Shown one piece after another: positions 9,210-19,100 of a stretch of 64,000 bases of DNA. Position 1 is the first letter of the stretch; each line of letters opens with the position of its first letter. The translations under genes were made by a program, and so were the position numbers. The notes below the pieces were generated by a model that saw nothing but the letters and a program-made list of their open reading frames with translations, was not told the DNA's origin and did no database searches. Location of the stretch: assembly GCA_026936335.1 (NCBI GenBank), contig JAPMXV010000025.1, forward strand, positions 124,001-188,000, in the 5' to 3' direction. The stretch comes from Mantamonas sphyraenae STR306 (Eukaryota > Protista > CRuMs).

Positions 9210-12200
9210 AACCAGTCGAGGTCTCTACGGGGCGGAGCTGGATGCTGTGGGGGTTTCTGTCTCCCCCAACGGTGACATTTACACGACAGGGAGAGTAAGT
9301 TTTTCATTGGACGGCTCCAGTCTCGCTGGACTCAGTGGTGACTTTTACGCGACAAAGTGGTCTCCCAACGGCACCAGGATTTGGACACGTGTGTGGGGAA
9401 CCTCCGTTACTGAGTATGGGGCAGATATAGCAGCCACCCCCGATGGGGGGGCGGCAGTTCTTGGCAGAACCTGGGGAGGGTTGTACGGTGCTGCGAATGC
9501 TGGAATGGTGCTCATCAAGGTGGATTCGGAAGGAAGTGAGCAGTGGGCGTCTCCTATCGGCGATGTTTCGATGGCTACCGGTGGAGTAGCATCTCTCTCA
9601 GACGGTTCTATGGTGGTCGTAGGATCTGCTGGAGGGTCAACTCTTGGTCAGCCATTCGCTGGAGGATCGCGTGACATTCTTGTCGGGAAATGGTTTCCGA
9701 ACGGAACAATGGCTTGGGCGAGGATGTTTGGATCCACTGCAGCTGACGATGTGCATGGAGTGGTCGTATCCTCGGGCGGCGAGGTATTTGTTTCGGGTGA
9801 CACAGAGGGGGCGCTGCCAGGCCAAACGCTGCAAGGAGGCTCAGACATTTTTTTGACCAAGCTGAGTGCAAACGGGACCGTTGAATGGATTCGCCAAATG
9901 GGTGGAAGTGGGAATGATGCCGGGTATGCCGTCGCAGCAACAAGCGACGGAGGAGTGCTCCAAACCGCGTCCACCTCGCAAGCTCTATTCGGTCCCAGTG
10001 CATATGGTGGAGATGATGCGGTTTTGGTGAAATGGGCCTCTAATGGCACCATAGAGTGGTCTCACCAATGGGGAGGCTCGGCTGCGGACTTAGCACGTGG
10101 CGTAGTTGTGCAAGCCAATTCGACAATCTTCGTCGGAGGCATCACCTACAGCCAGTCTATCGACGGGGCTTCCTTACAAGGAAGTGCTCCCGATGTGTTT
10201 ATCAGCAAGTTCACGTCGGATGGTCGCTTAAACGGAACCTTCAGGCTGGATTCCCATTCAACCTTCAACTCCATGGCGGTTCTTGATACCAACCTAACCG
10301 TCGTGGGCTTCACTACGGCGAGACCATTTCTACGCGTGATAGATTCCCCTCCCCGCGCTGGCTTTCTTGTGAACGTGTCCCCCAACGGAACCATCGCATG
10401 GGAGCGCCTGCACCAAAGTCCAACGTGGACCCCTAGCGCATGCACGGACTCTCTGGTCATGGACAACGGTGACGTTATCGCGACAGGATACGCACAAGGA
10501 TCGATGGACAATGCCATTGCGGTTGACATGCCGCAGACTTGGTCGGCCAGCTATTCGGAGGGGTATGCCACGAGCACCTGGTCTCTTCCCGGGCTTGTGG
10601 ATCAAGACCTGAGGGGACTAGCTTCAGCAGTTACTTCCAGCGGAGGTGTGATCACTTTGGGACTGCGAGGGTACCGTGTGGGCTTCGTTGACGTAAGCGA
10701 GAAGCAATTGTACACGGTGATCCGCCTGGCGAACGGCACTGTCCTCGATCCCCTCTCCCTGGAAGAATGGAGCGGCACAGCATATGTGAACGCTGGCAGT
10801 GTATCCTCTTTAGGGGTAGTCGCTGTGGTTGGATACACGAGTTCAACTGTGGATGGGCAGTCCGCACCCGGGGTTTCCATGTTTGCGGCAGCGTGGGCAG
10901 CAAACGGCACCAAGATTTGGTCATCCGTTTGGGGTTCAACCCAATTTGATTACGCATACGGAGTCGTGGTGGGTGCAGATGGAGAGGTGTTTGTGGTTGG
11001 CCGATCAACGGGCTCTGTGGACGGAAATCCCTCACTCGGGGCCGGTGATGCAATTCTAAGCAAGTTTTCATCGACAGGAGCTCGATTGTGGACTTCTCAG
11101 TGGGGTACGGCACAGGAGGAGCGTGCATATGGAGTTGCACTTGGTCGCAATGGAACCATTCTGGTTTGTGGCGGGACCGCAGGAGCGATGGCGGGTGCGA
11201 ACGCAGGTGGAGACGATGTCTTTTTGAGCTCATTCTTCCCCAACGGCACCTTGGCTTGGACACTGCAATGGGGAACCTCCTCCACTGACTACGGTCACGA
11301 TATTGCAGTTGGGAGCACGGGACTTGTGCTGGTGGCCGGCCGTACACGAGGAAACATGCAGACGGGAGCCTCGACCGCGAATGAGGACGTCTTTCTTTCA
11401 GCAGCTTCAGGCAATGGCACTCTTTTGTGGACGAGACAATGGGGAACGCAACAACACGATATCGGGTACAGCGTGGCCGTGAACGCACGTGGTCGAGTTT
11501 CTGTGTGTGGAATTTCATCTGGCGCTTTCAATTCGACCCGATACTTCGATCGTGAGCAAACTGCATTTGTATCTGCTGTGGAAACCATGTGTGCCCCTGG
11601 TGGAATCGTGTTGCAGCAGCCTACGACTCTTGCTGACGCGGAGTGTACTTCGTGCCCCATTGGGACATACAACCCTTCGTATGCGTCCGAGGAGTGCCTC
11701 CCATGTCCCACGGGAACGTACAGTGGAGTGGTGGGCGCATCGACCTGCACTGCCTGCTCAGCAGGCAAGTTCGCCAACACGACTGGCAGCGAACAGTGCA
11801 CCACGTGCCCGGCTGGCCTTTACAGTGCAGAAGCTTCGCCGGTATGTGACCAATGCGGTATTGGCACATATGGCAACGACACGATGTGCACACCGTGCCC
11901 CGAGAACACGTTCAACAACCAGACGGGGCAAACTCACTCGTCCGCATGCCTGCCTTGTCCAAATGGCACGAGGAGCTCATCTGGACAGGGTAGCTGCATA
12001 TCGTGCCCTCCTGCCTATGAATATGGAAACGGAAGCTGCGTGGCCTGCCCAGCGCACGCAGTTCACCCGTCGACCTTGTGTTTCACGTGTACAGGTTTAC
12101 CAACACGGTGCATCCAGGTTTCACTGAGAGAAAATCAGTATGAGTGGTGTTCTATCCACAGTCCTATCGTTGTCGAAACAAATAGCACAGAGTGGGCGTC

Positions 12201-15200
12201 AAGCATTCGCGTGCAACTCGGAGATGCTCCGGCCGACAGCCAATCCACATCGAGCGGCTCCCTGCATGTCACGTCGGCGCTTCCCATGGGTACATACCCG
12301 TTGTTCGTGACGCTTGGAGAAGCGAGCATCACATTGACGCAGACACTGCGTGTTGCAAGCCCCGTGCTGCCACTGCTGGTCGCACCGAAAGATCTGACCG
12401 CCAGCCTACAGATCATCAACTGCACGGGTGCCAACACAACCAAGTTGAGAGTGCGGTGTGGTCAGACTGTCCTTCCCGTGTACGCCACGGGATCGGGCCT
12501 CGTGGCAGATTTTCCACCCATGGACACATGTGCGTACACGTGGAGCGATGACGGTGGACAAACGTTTCGCGGCTCTGGACAGGTCATTCGGACCCAAGCA
12601 CCGATTGTGGAGAGCGTGTGGCCCTCGTCGGCACCGCTGGAACTGTTGGACTCCATGTTGCTTCGCGGACGCTTTGACTCTGTCGCTTCAGAGGAACTGA
12701 GAGTTCAATTCAACACAAGCACTTGGACATCTGCTCTGCAACCTGCTGTTCTCATCGCGAACGACAGCCTGAAGGTGACGGTTCCAAAGGGGTTTCCATT
12801 TCAGCCTCCTGTGCAGACGCTGTCCGTCTCGGTACAGCTGGTTGCCCCCTATGTCCAGGCCACTGGTGCATCCATCACCGTGTACAACGCCTCGGTTGAC
12901 AGCGTGTTCCCACAGCAATCACCTGAGCGCACTTCCCGACAGGTGACGATTGCTGGAACCGGCTTCCTGAACGTGACGACGGCACGTGTGTCCTTTCTCG
13001 CTGGCCAGAGTGATTGTACATTCCTTTCGGATACTTTGATGGTGGTCACCACGCCATCCATGCCTGCCTCTGTTGTCCCGGTGTCCTTGAGTCTCAACGG
13101 CGTGCAGTACGAACAATCGGCAAGCCTGTTCCACTTTGTTAGACCTGTGGTGGCGTCGACCTCCCCGAAGGAGCTCCCGTCGGGACGTGTGGTGCAGTTG
13201 GTTGTGTCTGGGTCTGGCTTCATCCAGGACGGTGAATTGCAGGTGCGCATCGGTGGCACACTGGTGCCCAGCTCCCGTGGCAACGACACTTGGGTCAACG
13301 TCACCACACCCGCTCTCGCCGTCGGGTCCTACGACGTGTCGGTCAGCAACAATGGTGGCATCACATCGTACTCCTTGCTGGGCTCTTCTCTCACCGTGTA
13401 CCCCCCGTCCACGTTTACGGCACGCACACCTGGCGGCGTCAGCGGTGCTGGAGGCACACCCATGCGATTGGATGGATTCATTCCCACAGTGCAGGACACG
13501 CCAAGTGTGGCATTGGACGACGGGCTGGGTTGGCGCAGTGTGTCTGTTGTGGCCACGCGCTCTGGCACAGATCGCATCGAGTTTGTGGCGCCTGCGTACA
13601 CGGGAGGTCAGTCATTGCCGCTGCAAGCACGGGTGTTGTTTGCCAACAACGGACAGGACTACGCAGACACCGGGTTGACGGTGACTGTGTTTGGAGGGAT
13701 GGCAGTGACACAGCTGGTGCCAGACAACAAGGCGGCGGGAGTGAGCACAAACATCACTGTGGTGGGCAGCGGGTTTGCAGACACGGGGAGCGTGGTGGTG
13801 GTGGTGGGAGACACACGGTATGCAGGGACGTACGTGTCGGACACACAGGTGGAGTTTACATCGCCTGCGAACCAGGCAGCCGGAGTGTACAGCCCGATTG
13901 GGGTGTCACTGGACGGGGGCGTGACGGTGGTGCCAAGCACGGTGGCAAGTGTGTCACTGACGGTGACACCGCGCACCATCAGCTGTCCGGAAAACAGCGA
14001 GCCAGGATCGGCAGCAGCAAGCACGGGCGACTGCGTGTGCAAACAACGATACTACACTCCCACAGGCAAGAGTGGGGTCAAGTGTGAACCGTGTCCGGCC
14101 AATGCAGAGTGTGCAGGCGGGCTTGCTGCACCCGTGGCGAACCCAGGCTTCTACAGCACGGGAGTGGGGTTCAACTATCAGTTTACACGATGTGCAGTGT
14201 CGACAGCGTGTCTGGGAGGAGGTGACGGGACACTGTGTTCGGCTGGGTACGAAGGGCTGATGTGCGGTCAGTGTTCGGTGGGGTACTACCGGCTGGGAGA
14301 CACGTGTCAGCCATGCACAGAAGAGCAAGGGGGCACGCTGGTGCTGTTCTTTGCGCTGTTTGTGGCGTATCTGTGGTTTGTGAAGCGACAGGTACGCAAG
14401 ACAAGCCGAGGGGTAGTGACACTCGCAATCACTCATCTGCAGGTGATGGCCACGTTTGCAGAGTTCCGCCTGAGCTGGCCGCGGGACGTGCGGCGTGTGT
14501 TGAACGTGTTTTCGCTGACCAATGTGAACGTGGACACGGTGGCACCGGAGTGCACGCTGACGAGCACGTGGACGTACGAAGACCGGTTCTGGATGACGAT
14601 GCTTGTGCCTGTGGTGCTTGTGGCGGGTCTGTTGCTGCGTGTGCTGGTGCAATTCTTGCACCATCAGTTTGTGGTGCGGTACCGGACGGACATGAGTGCT
14701 CGGTTCCCGTCACTGGTTGGGTTTCCGGACGCATCGCGCAGCAAGATTGTGTACTTGGTGTCACTGGCGCGGTACAAGTTGTTCAGCAGCTTGCTGGTAG
14801 AGAGCGAGGCGGTGGATTCGGACACGTGGAGGCACCTTGTGAACGAGACGCTGTTCTCGCTTGGCCTGTTGTACATTCCGATGTCGTCGCGAGTGCTGGA
14901 GATGTTTGACTGCACCACACTGGCCAATGGCAAGGTGGTGCTGGACGCACTGCCGACGGAGGAGTGTTGGGGTGGGCCTGAGACGATGCACGCACGCATG
15001 GTGCCGGCGGGACTTGCGTTTGTGGCGCTGTATGTGGTGGGGGTGCCGCTGGTGTTCTTTGCCATCATGATGACGGCGCAGGATGTGGAGAAGCGACACG
15101 AGGATCGGTTTGAGCAGCGGTTCTCGTCGATCTACAACAAGTACGACGAGCGGTACTACTGGTTCGAGGCACTTGTGCTGCTGCGCAAGTTGGGAGTGGT

Positions 15201-16086
15201 GACGGTGAAGATCTTTGCGACGACTCTGCCGGCGGTGCAGGGAGTGGCGGGGATGATTGTTTTGGGGGGAGCGACGCTGGTGCAGTTTGCGAAACGGCCG
15301 TACAAGACGAGGGCGCAGAACACACTGGAGAGCACGATGTTTGTGCAGTCGCTGCTGCTGCTGGCCTTGGGCATGCTGTTTTACACCGGATCGCTCGGGA
15401 ACGACCTGCTAGTTGCCGTATGGGATGCCTTTGCCACCACAACTGCCGTTTCGGTGGTCGTGGTTGCCTTTGTGTTTCTCTGTGTTGAAGTGTACTTCTC
15501 TGCGATGGATAGAAGGATTGCACTGCTCAAGAATGATGCAAGCAAGGAGATGCTGGAAAGGTGGACGCATGAGTATCGAAAGGTTGTGCAGCCCGACTTT
15601 TACGCAAGCATGGACAAGGTTGCATTGCGTAGCCTCTCTGAAGACGAACTGCGCCTTCTGCTTCGTGCAGTGGACAAGGTGAACACCAGCATGGACGATC
15701 CGGTCACGATGCAAACTATTGCTTTCCACGAGGCGTGTGAACGCGTGATCAAACCCGCGCGAACCGTGGAGGTGCTTTCAAAGCTACTTGACGTGAGCAG
15801 TGATACCACGCAACGCAGATCGCTGCGAGACATCATTGTAAAGATCTCTGTGGGGGCTCGGCGCAAAAAGACCCACTCATCGAACATCAGCATGGACTTG
15901 GTGGACGCAAGAGAGCGGCAATCGCAACGGCTTTCCAAGGCCATCCCGAACGAAGATATTGAACTTCAAACACTGGCCTCACGGAGGGGGTCCGCTTTGA
16001 GTGGCATGGAACGAAGGGGCTCCGAATTGAGTGCGTTTCGAGCACGCAGGCTTGCGGAACAAAAATCCGCGGACGCGGAGGTGTGA
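9130..16086 (+). CDS. Receptor A: signal peptide, about two SBBP-type beta-propellers, Cys-rich repeats, several IPT/TIG domains, ~9-TM TRP/Flc-Pkd2-like domain, cytoplasmic tail
   Basis: Continuous ORF. ATG 9130 gives the signal MRMVVIVVLMLVACQVPGADG. Contains repeated W.RQWGT..D.AY.VA..G.V.V.G.T.G..G..D.FL.K blades, CxxCPxGTY repeats, IPT motifs and the YYWFEALVLLRKL and KRPYK motifs. Confidence 0.92.
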   Translation: MRMVVIVVLMLVACQVPGADGAWTWQETSRGLYGAELDAVGVSVSPNGDIYTTGRVSFSLDGSSLAGLSGDFYATKWSPNGTRIWTRVWGTSVTEYGADIAATPDGGAAVLGRTWGGLYGAANAGMVLIKVDSEGSEQWASPIGDVSMATGGVASLSDGSMVVVGSAGGSTLGQPFAGGSRDILVGKWFPNGTMAWARMFGSTAADDVHGVVVSSGGEVFVSGDTEGALPGQTLQGGSDIFLTKLSANGTVEWIRQMGGSGNDAGYAVAATSDGGVLQTASTSQALFGPSAYGGDDAVLVKWASNGTIEWSHQWGGSAADLARGVVVQANSTIFVGGITYSQSIDGASLQGSAPDVFISKFTSDGRLNGTFRLDSHSTFNSMAVLDTNLTVVGFTTARPFLRVIDSPPRAGFLVNVSPNGTIAWERLHQSPTWTPSACTDSLVMDNGDVIATGYAQGSMDNAIAVDMPQTWSASYSEGYATSTWSLPGLVDQDLRGLASAVTSSGGVITLGLRGYRVGFVDVSEKQLYTVIRLANGTVLDPLSLEEWSGTAYVNAGSVSSLGVVAVVGYTSSTVDGQSAPGVSMFAAAWAANGTKIWSSVWGSTQFDYAYGVVVGADGEVFVVGRSTGSVDGNPSLGAGDAILSKFSSTGARLWTSQWGTAQEERAYGVALGRNGTILVCGGTAGAMAGANAGGDDVFLSSFFPNGTLAWTLQWGTSSTDYGHDIAVGSTGLVLVAGRTRGNMQTGASTANEDVFLSAASGNGTLLWTRQWGTQQHDIGYSVAVNARGRVSVCGISSGAFNSTRYFDREQTAFVSAVETMCAPGGIVLQQPTTLADAECTSCPIGTYNPSYASEECLPCPTGTYSGVVGASTCTACSAGKFANTTGSEQCTTCPAGLYSAEASPVCDQCGIGTYGNDTMCTPCPENTFNNQTGQTHSSACLPCPNGTRSSSGQGSCISCPPAYEYGNGSCVACPAHAVHPSTLCFTCTGLPTRCIQVSLRENQYEWCSIHSPIVVETNSTEWASSIRVQLGDAPADSQSTSSGSLHVTSALPMGTYPLFVTLGEASITLTQTLRVASPVLPLLVAPKDLTASLQIINCTGANTTKLRVRCGQTVLPVYATGSGLVADFPPMDTCAYTWSDDGGQTFRGSGQVIRTQAPIVESVWPSSAPLELLDSMLLRGRFDSVASEELRVQFNTSTWTSALQPAVLIANDSLKVTVPKGFPFQPPVQTLSVSVQLVAPYVQATGASITVYNASVDSVFPQQSPERTSRQVTIAGTGFLNVTTARVSFLAGQSDCTFLSDTLMVVTTPSMPASVVPVSLSLNGVQYEQSASLFHFVRPVVASTSPKELPSGRVVQLVVSGSGFIQDGELQVRIGGTLVPSSRGNDTWVNVTTPALAVGSYDVSVSNNGGITSYSLLGSSLTVYPPSTFTARTPGGVSGAGGTPMRLDGFIPTVQDTPSVALDDGLGWRSVSVVATRSGTDRIEFVAPAYTGGQSLPLQARVLFANNGQDYADTGLTVTVFGGMAVTQLVPDNKAAGVSTNITVVGSGFADTGSVVVVVGDTRYAGTYVSDTQVEFTSPANQAAGVYSPIGVSLDGGVTVVPSTVASVSLTVTPRTISCPENSEPGSAAASTGDCVCKQRYYTPTGKSGVKCEPCPANAECAGGLAAPVANPGFYSTGVGFNYQFTRCAVSTACLGGGDGTLCSAGYEGLMCGQCSVGYYRLGDTCQPCTEEQGGTLVLFFALFVAYLWFVKRQVRKTSRGVVTLAITHLQVMATFAEFRLSWPRDVRRVLNVFSLTNVNVDTVAPECTLTSTWTYEDRFWMTMLVPVVLVAGLLLRVLVQFLHHQFVVRYRTDMSARFPSLVGFPDASRSKIVYLVSLARYKLFSSLLVESEAVDSDTWRHLVNETLFSLGLLYIPMSSRVLEMFDCTTLANGKVVLDALPTEECWGGPETMHARMVPAGLAFVALYVVGVPLVFFAIMMTAQDVEKRHEDRFEQRFSSIYNKYDERYYWFEALVLLRKLGVVTVKIFATTLPAVQGVAGMIVLGGATLVQFAKRPYKTRAQNTLESTMFVQSLLLLALGMLFYTGSLGNDLLVAVWDAFATTTAVSVVVVAFVFLCVEVYFSAMDRRIALLKNDASKEMLERWTHEYRKVVQPDFYASMDKVALRSLSEDELRLLLRAVDKVNTSMDDPVTMQTIAFHEACERVIKPARTVEVLSKLLDVSSDTTQRRSLRDIIVKISVGARRKKTHSSNISMDLVDARERQSQRLSKAIPNEDIELQTLASRRGSALSGMERRGSELSAFRARRLAEQKSADAEV
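13171..15403. repeat. Inner inverted repeat, left arm (~2.2 kb; IPT domains to TM8)
   Basis: Reverse complement of 16599-18830. Differences seen: about three substitutions and one G-run indel. Confidence 0.97.
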
Positions 16087-16113
16087 ATCCAATGCAGATT
16101 TTCTTTACAGACA

Positions 16114-19100
16114 TCAGGAAACGCGCACATTGGCATGCAACTTCCCACTCTCTTCACCCAGCCGGAGAAGAAACTTGATTGTTGCCTCTTGCACGTCGCT
16201 GGCAAGGCCTTCGTTCAAGCAGAAGGCGAGCCACCTTTTGCTCACCGATGGACCCATCACTCCCATGATGCTTTCGAAAAGAGCCTGAGTGAAAAGAGCA
16301 GAGTCGCTTGTATCTTCTGCACGCAAGGTCTTCACAGCGTGAATCGCTTGCAGCAGGGTTTCCTCATCGGTCGAGTCTGCCACCTGTTGCAAACGCATCA
16401 AGTAGTCTTGCCCAATCACAGGCGACATCTCAGACACAAGGGTGCGGACAACCCCGTGCTGGCGCCCATCGCGCTGGCTTGCCATCCAACTCTCGTTGAA
16501 TTTTGTGGTGAGATCGACAATGGACACGAACACGATGACACCCAGGATGGAGAGCGCCACAGCAAGTGTTGCGATCTCCCACACGGATGCCAGTAGGGCG
16601 TTCCCGAGCGATCCGGTGTAAAACAGCATGCCCAAGGCCAGCAGCAGCAGCGACTGCACAAACATCGTGCTCTCCAGTGTGTTCTGCGCCCTCGTCTTGT
16701 ACGGCCGTTTCGCAAACTGCACCAGCGTCGCTCCCCCAAAACAATCATCCCCGCCACTCCCTGCACCGCCGGCAGAGTCGTCGCAAAGATCTTCACCGTC
16801 ACCACTCCCAACTTGCGCAGCAGCACAAGTGCCTCGAACCAGTAGTACCGCTCGTCGTACTTGTTGTAGATCGACGAGAACCGCTGCTCAAACCGATCCT
16901 CGTGTCGCTTCTCCACATCCTGCGCCGTCATCATGATGGCAAAGAACACCAGCGGCACCCCCACCACATACAGCGCCACAAACGCAAGTCCCGCCGGCAC
17001 CATGCGTGCGTGCATCGTCTCAGGCCCACCCCAACACTCCTCCGTCGGCAGTGCGTCCAGCACCACCTTGCCATTGGCCAGTGTGGTGCAGTCAAACATC
17101 TCCAGCACTCGCGACGACATCGGAATGTACAACAGGCCAAGCGAGAACAGCGTCTCGTTCACAAGGTGCCTCCACGTGTCCGAATCCACCGCCTCGCTCT
17201 CTACCAGCAAGCTGCTGAACAACTTGTACCGCGCCAGTGACACCAAGTACACAATCTTGCTGCGCGATGCGTCCGGAAACCCAACCAGTGACGGGAACCG
17301 AGCACTCATGTCCGTCCGGTACCGCACCACAAACTGATGGTGCAAGAATTGCACCAGCACACGCAGCAACAGACCCGCCACAAGCACCACAGGCACAAGC
17401 ATCGTCATCCAGAACCGGTCTTCGTACGTCCACGTGCTCGTCAGCGTGCACTCCGGTGCCACCGTGTCCACGTTCACATTGGTCAGCGAAAACACGTTCA
17501 ACACACGCCGCACGTCCCGCGGCCAGCTCAGGCGGAACTCTGCAAACGTGGCCATCACCTGCAGATGAGTGATTGCGAGTGTCACTACCCCTCGGCTTGT
17601 CTTGCGTACCTGTCGCTTCACAAACCACAGATACGCCACAAACAGCGCAAAGAACAGCACCAGCGTGCCCCCTTGCTCTTCTGTGCATGGCTGACACGTG
17701 TCTCCCAGCCGGTAGTACCCCACCGAACACTGACCGCACATCAGCCCTTCGTACCCAGCCGAACACAGTGTCCCGTCACCTCCTCCCAGACACGCTGTCG
17801 ACACTGCACATCGTGTAAACTGATAGTTGAACCCCACTCCCGTGCTGTAGAAGCCTGGGTTCGCCACGGGTGCAGCAAGCCCGCCTGCACACTCTGCATT
17901 GGCCGGACACGGTTCACACTTGACCCCACCCTTGCCTGTGGGAGTGTAGTATCGTTGTTTGCACACGCAGTCGCCCGTGCTTGCTGCTGCCGATCCTGGC
18001 TCGCTGTTTTCCGGACAGCTGATGGTGCGCGGTGTCACCGTCAGTGACACACTTGCCACCGTGCTTGGCACCACCGTCACGCCCCCGTCCAGTGACACCC
18101 CAATCGGGCTGTACACTCCGGCTGCCTGGTTCGCAGGCGATGTAAACTCCACCTGTGTGTCCGACACGTACGTCCCTGCATACCGTGTGTCTCCCACCAC
18201 CACCACCACGCTCCCCGTGTCTGCAAACCCGCTGCCCACCACAGTGATGTTTGTGCTCACTCCCGCCGCCTTGTTGTCTGGCACCAGCTGTGTCACTGCC
18301 ATCCCTCCAAACACAGTCACCGTCAACCCGGTGTCTGCGTAGTCCTGTCCGTTGTTGGCAAACAACACCCGTGCTTGCAGCGGCAATGACTGACCTCCCG
18401 TGTACGCAGGCGCCACAAACTCGATGCGATCTGTGCCAGAGCGCGTGGCCACAACAGACCCACTGCGCCAACCCAGCCCGTCGTCCAATGCCACACTTGG
18501 CGTGTCCTGCACTGTGGGAATGAATCCATCCAATCGCATGGGTGTGCCTCCAGCACCGCTGACGCCGCCAGGTGTGCGTGCCGTAAACGTGGACGGGGGG
18601 TACACGGTGAGAGAAGAGCCCAGCAAGGAGTACGATGTGATGCCACCATTGTTGCTGACCGACACGTCGTAGGACCCGACGGCGAGAGCGGGTGTGGTGA
18701 CGTTGACCCAAGTGTCGTTGCCACGGGAGCTGGGCACCAGTGTGCCACCGATGCGCACCTGCAATTCACCGTCCTGGATGAAGCCAGACCCAGACACAAC
18801 CAACTGCACCACACGTCCTGACGGGAGCTCTCTCGGAAACAAGCTGTGCGCACGTGCCACGACGGAGCCCACTGCTTGTGGCGCGTTGACAAAGGTCACT
18901 CCATCAAATGATACGCTGATGGGAACCACGGGGTGTTGCAGCGACGGGGCTTGCAGACGAATGGTGCTGCTGGACAACACCCAACTCGGGATCGCCATGC
19001 TACCAAGCATCGCCTGGATACCTCGAGGCGGACCAAAGCCGCTTCCAATGAGCGTTATGTTGCGCGACACTCTCTCGGGCACCATTGTTGGCTGGACGGA

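Noticed and set aside
16733-16737. Programmed frameshift or phase-variable tract in receptor B
   Set aside because: A single-base loss in a short homopolymer, with a similar loss at 24571, is most simply a sequencing error. It cannot be resolved without reads.
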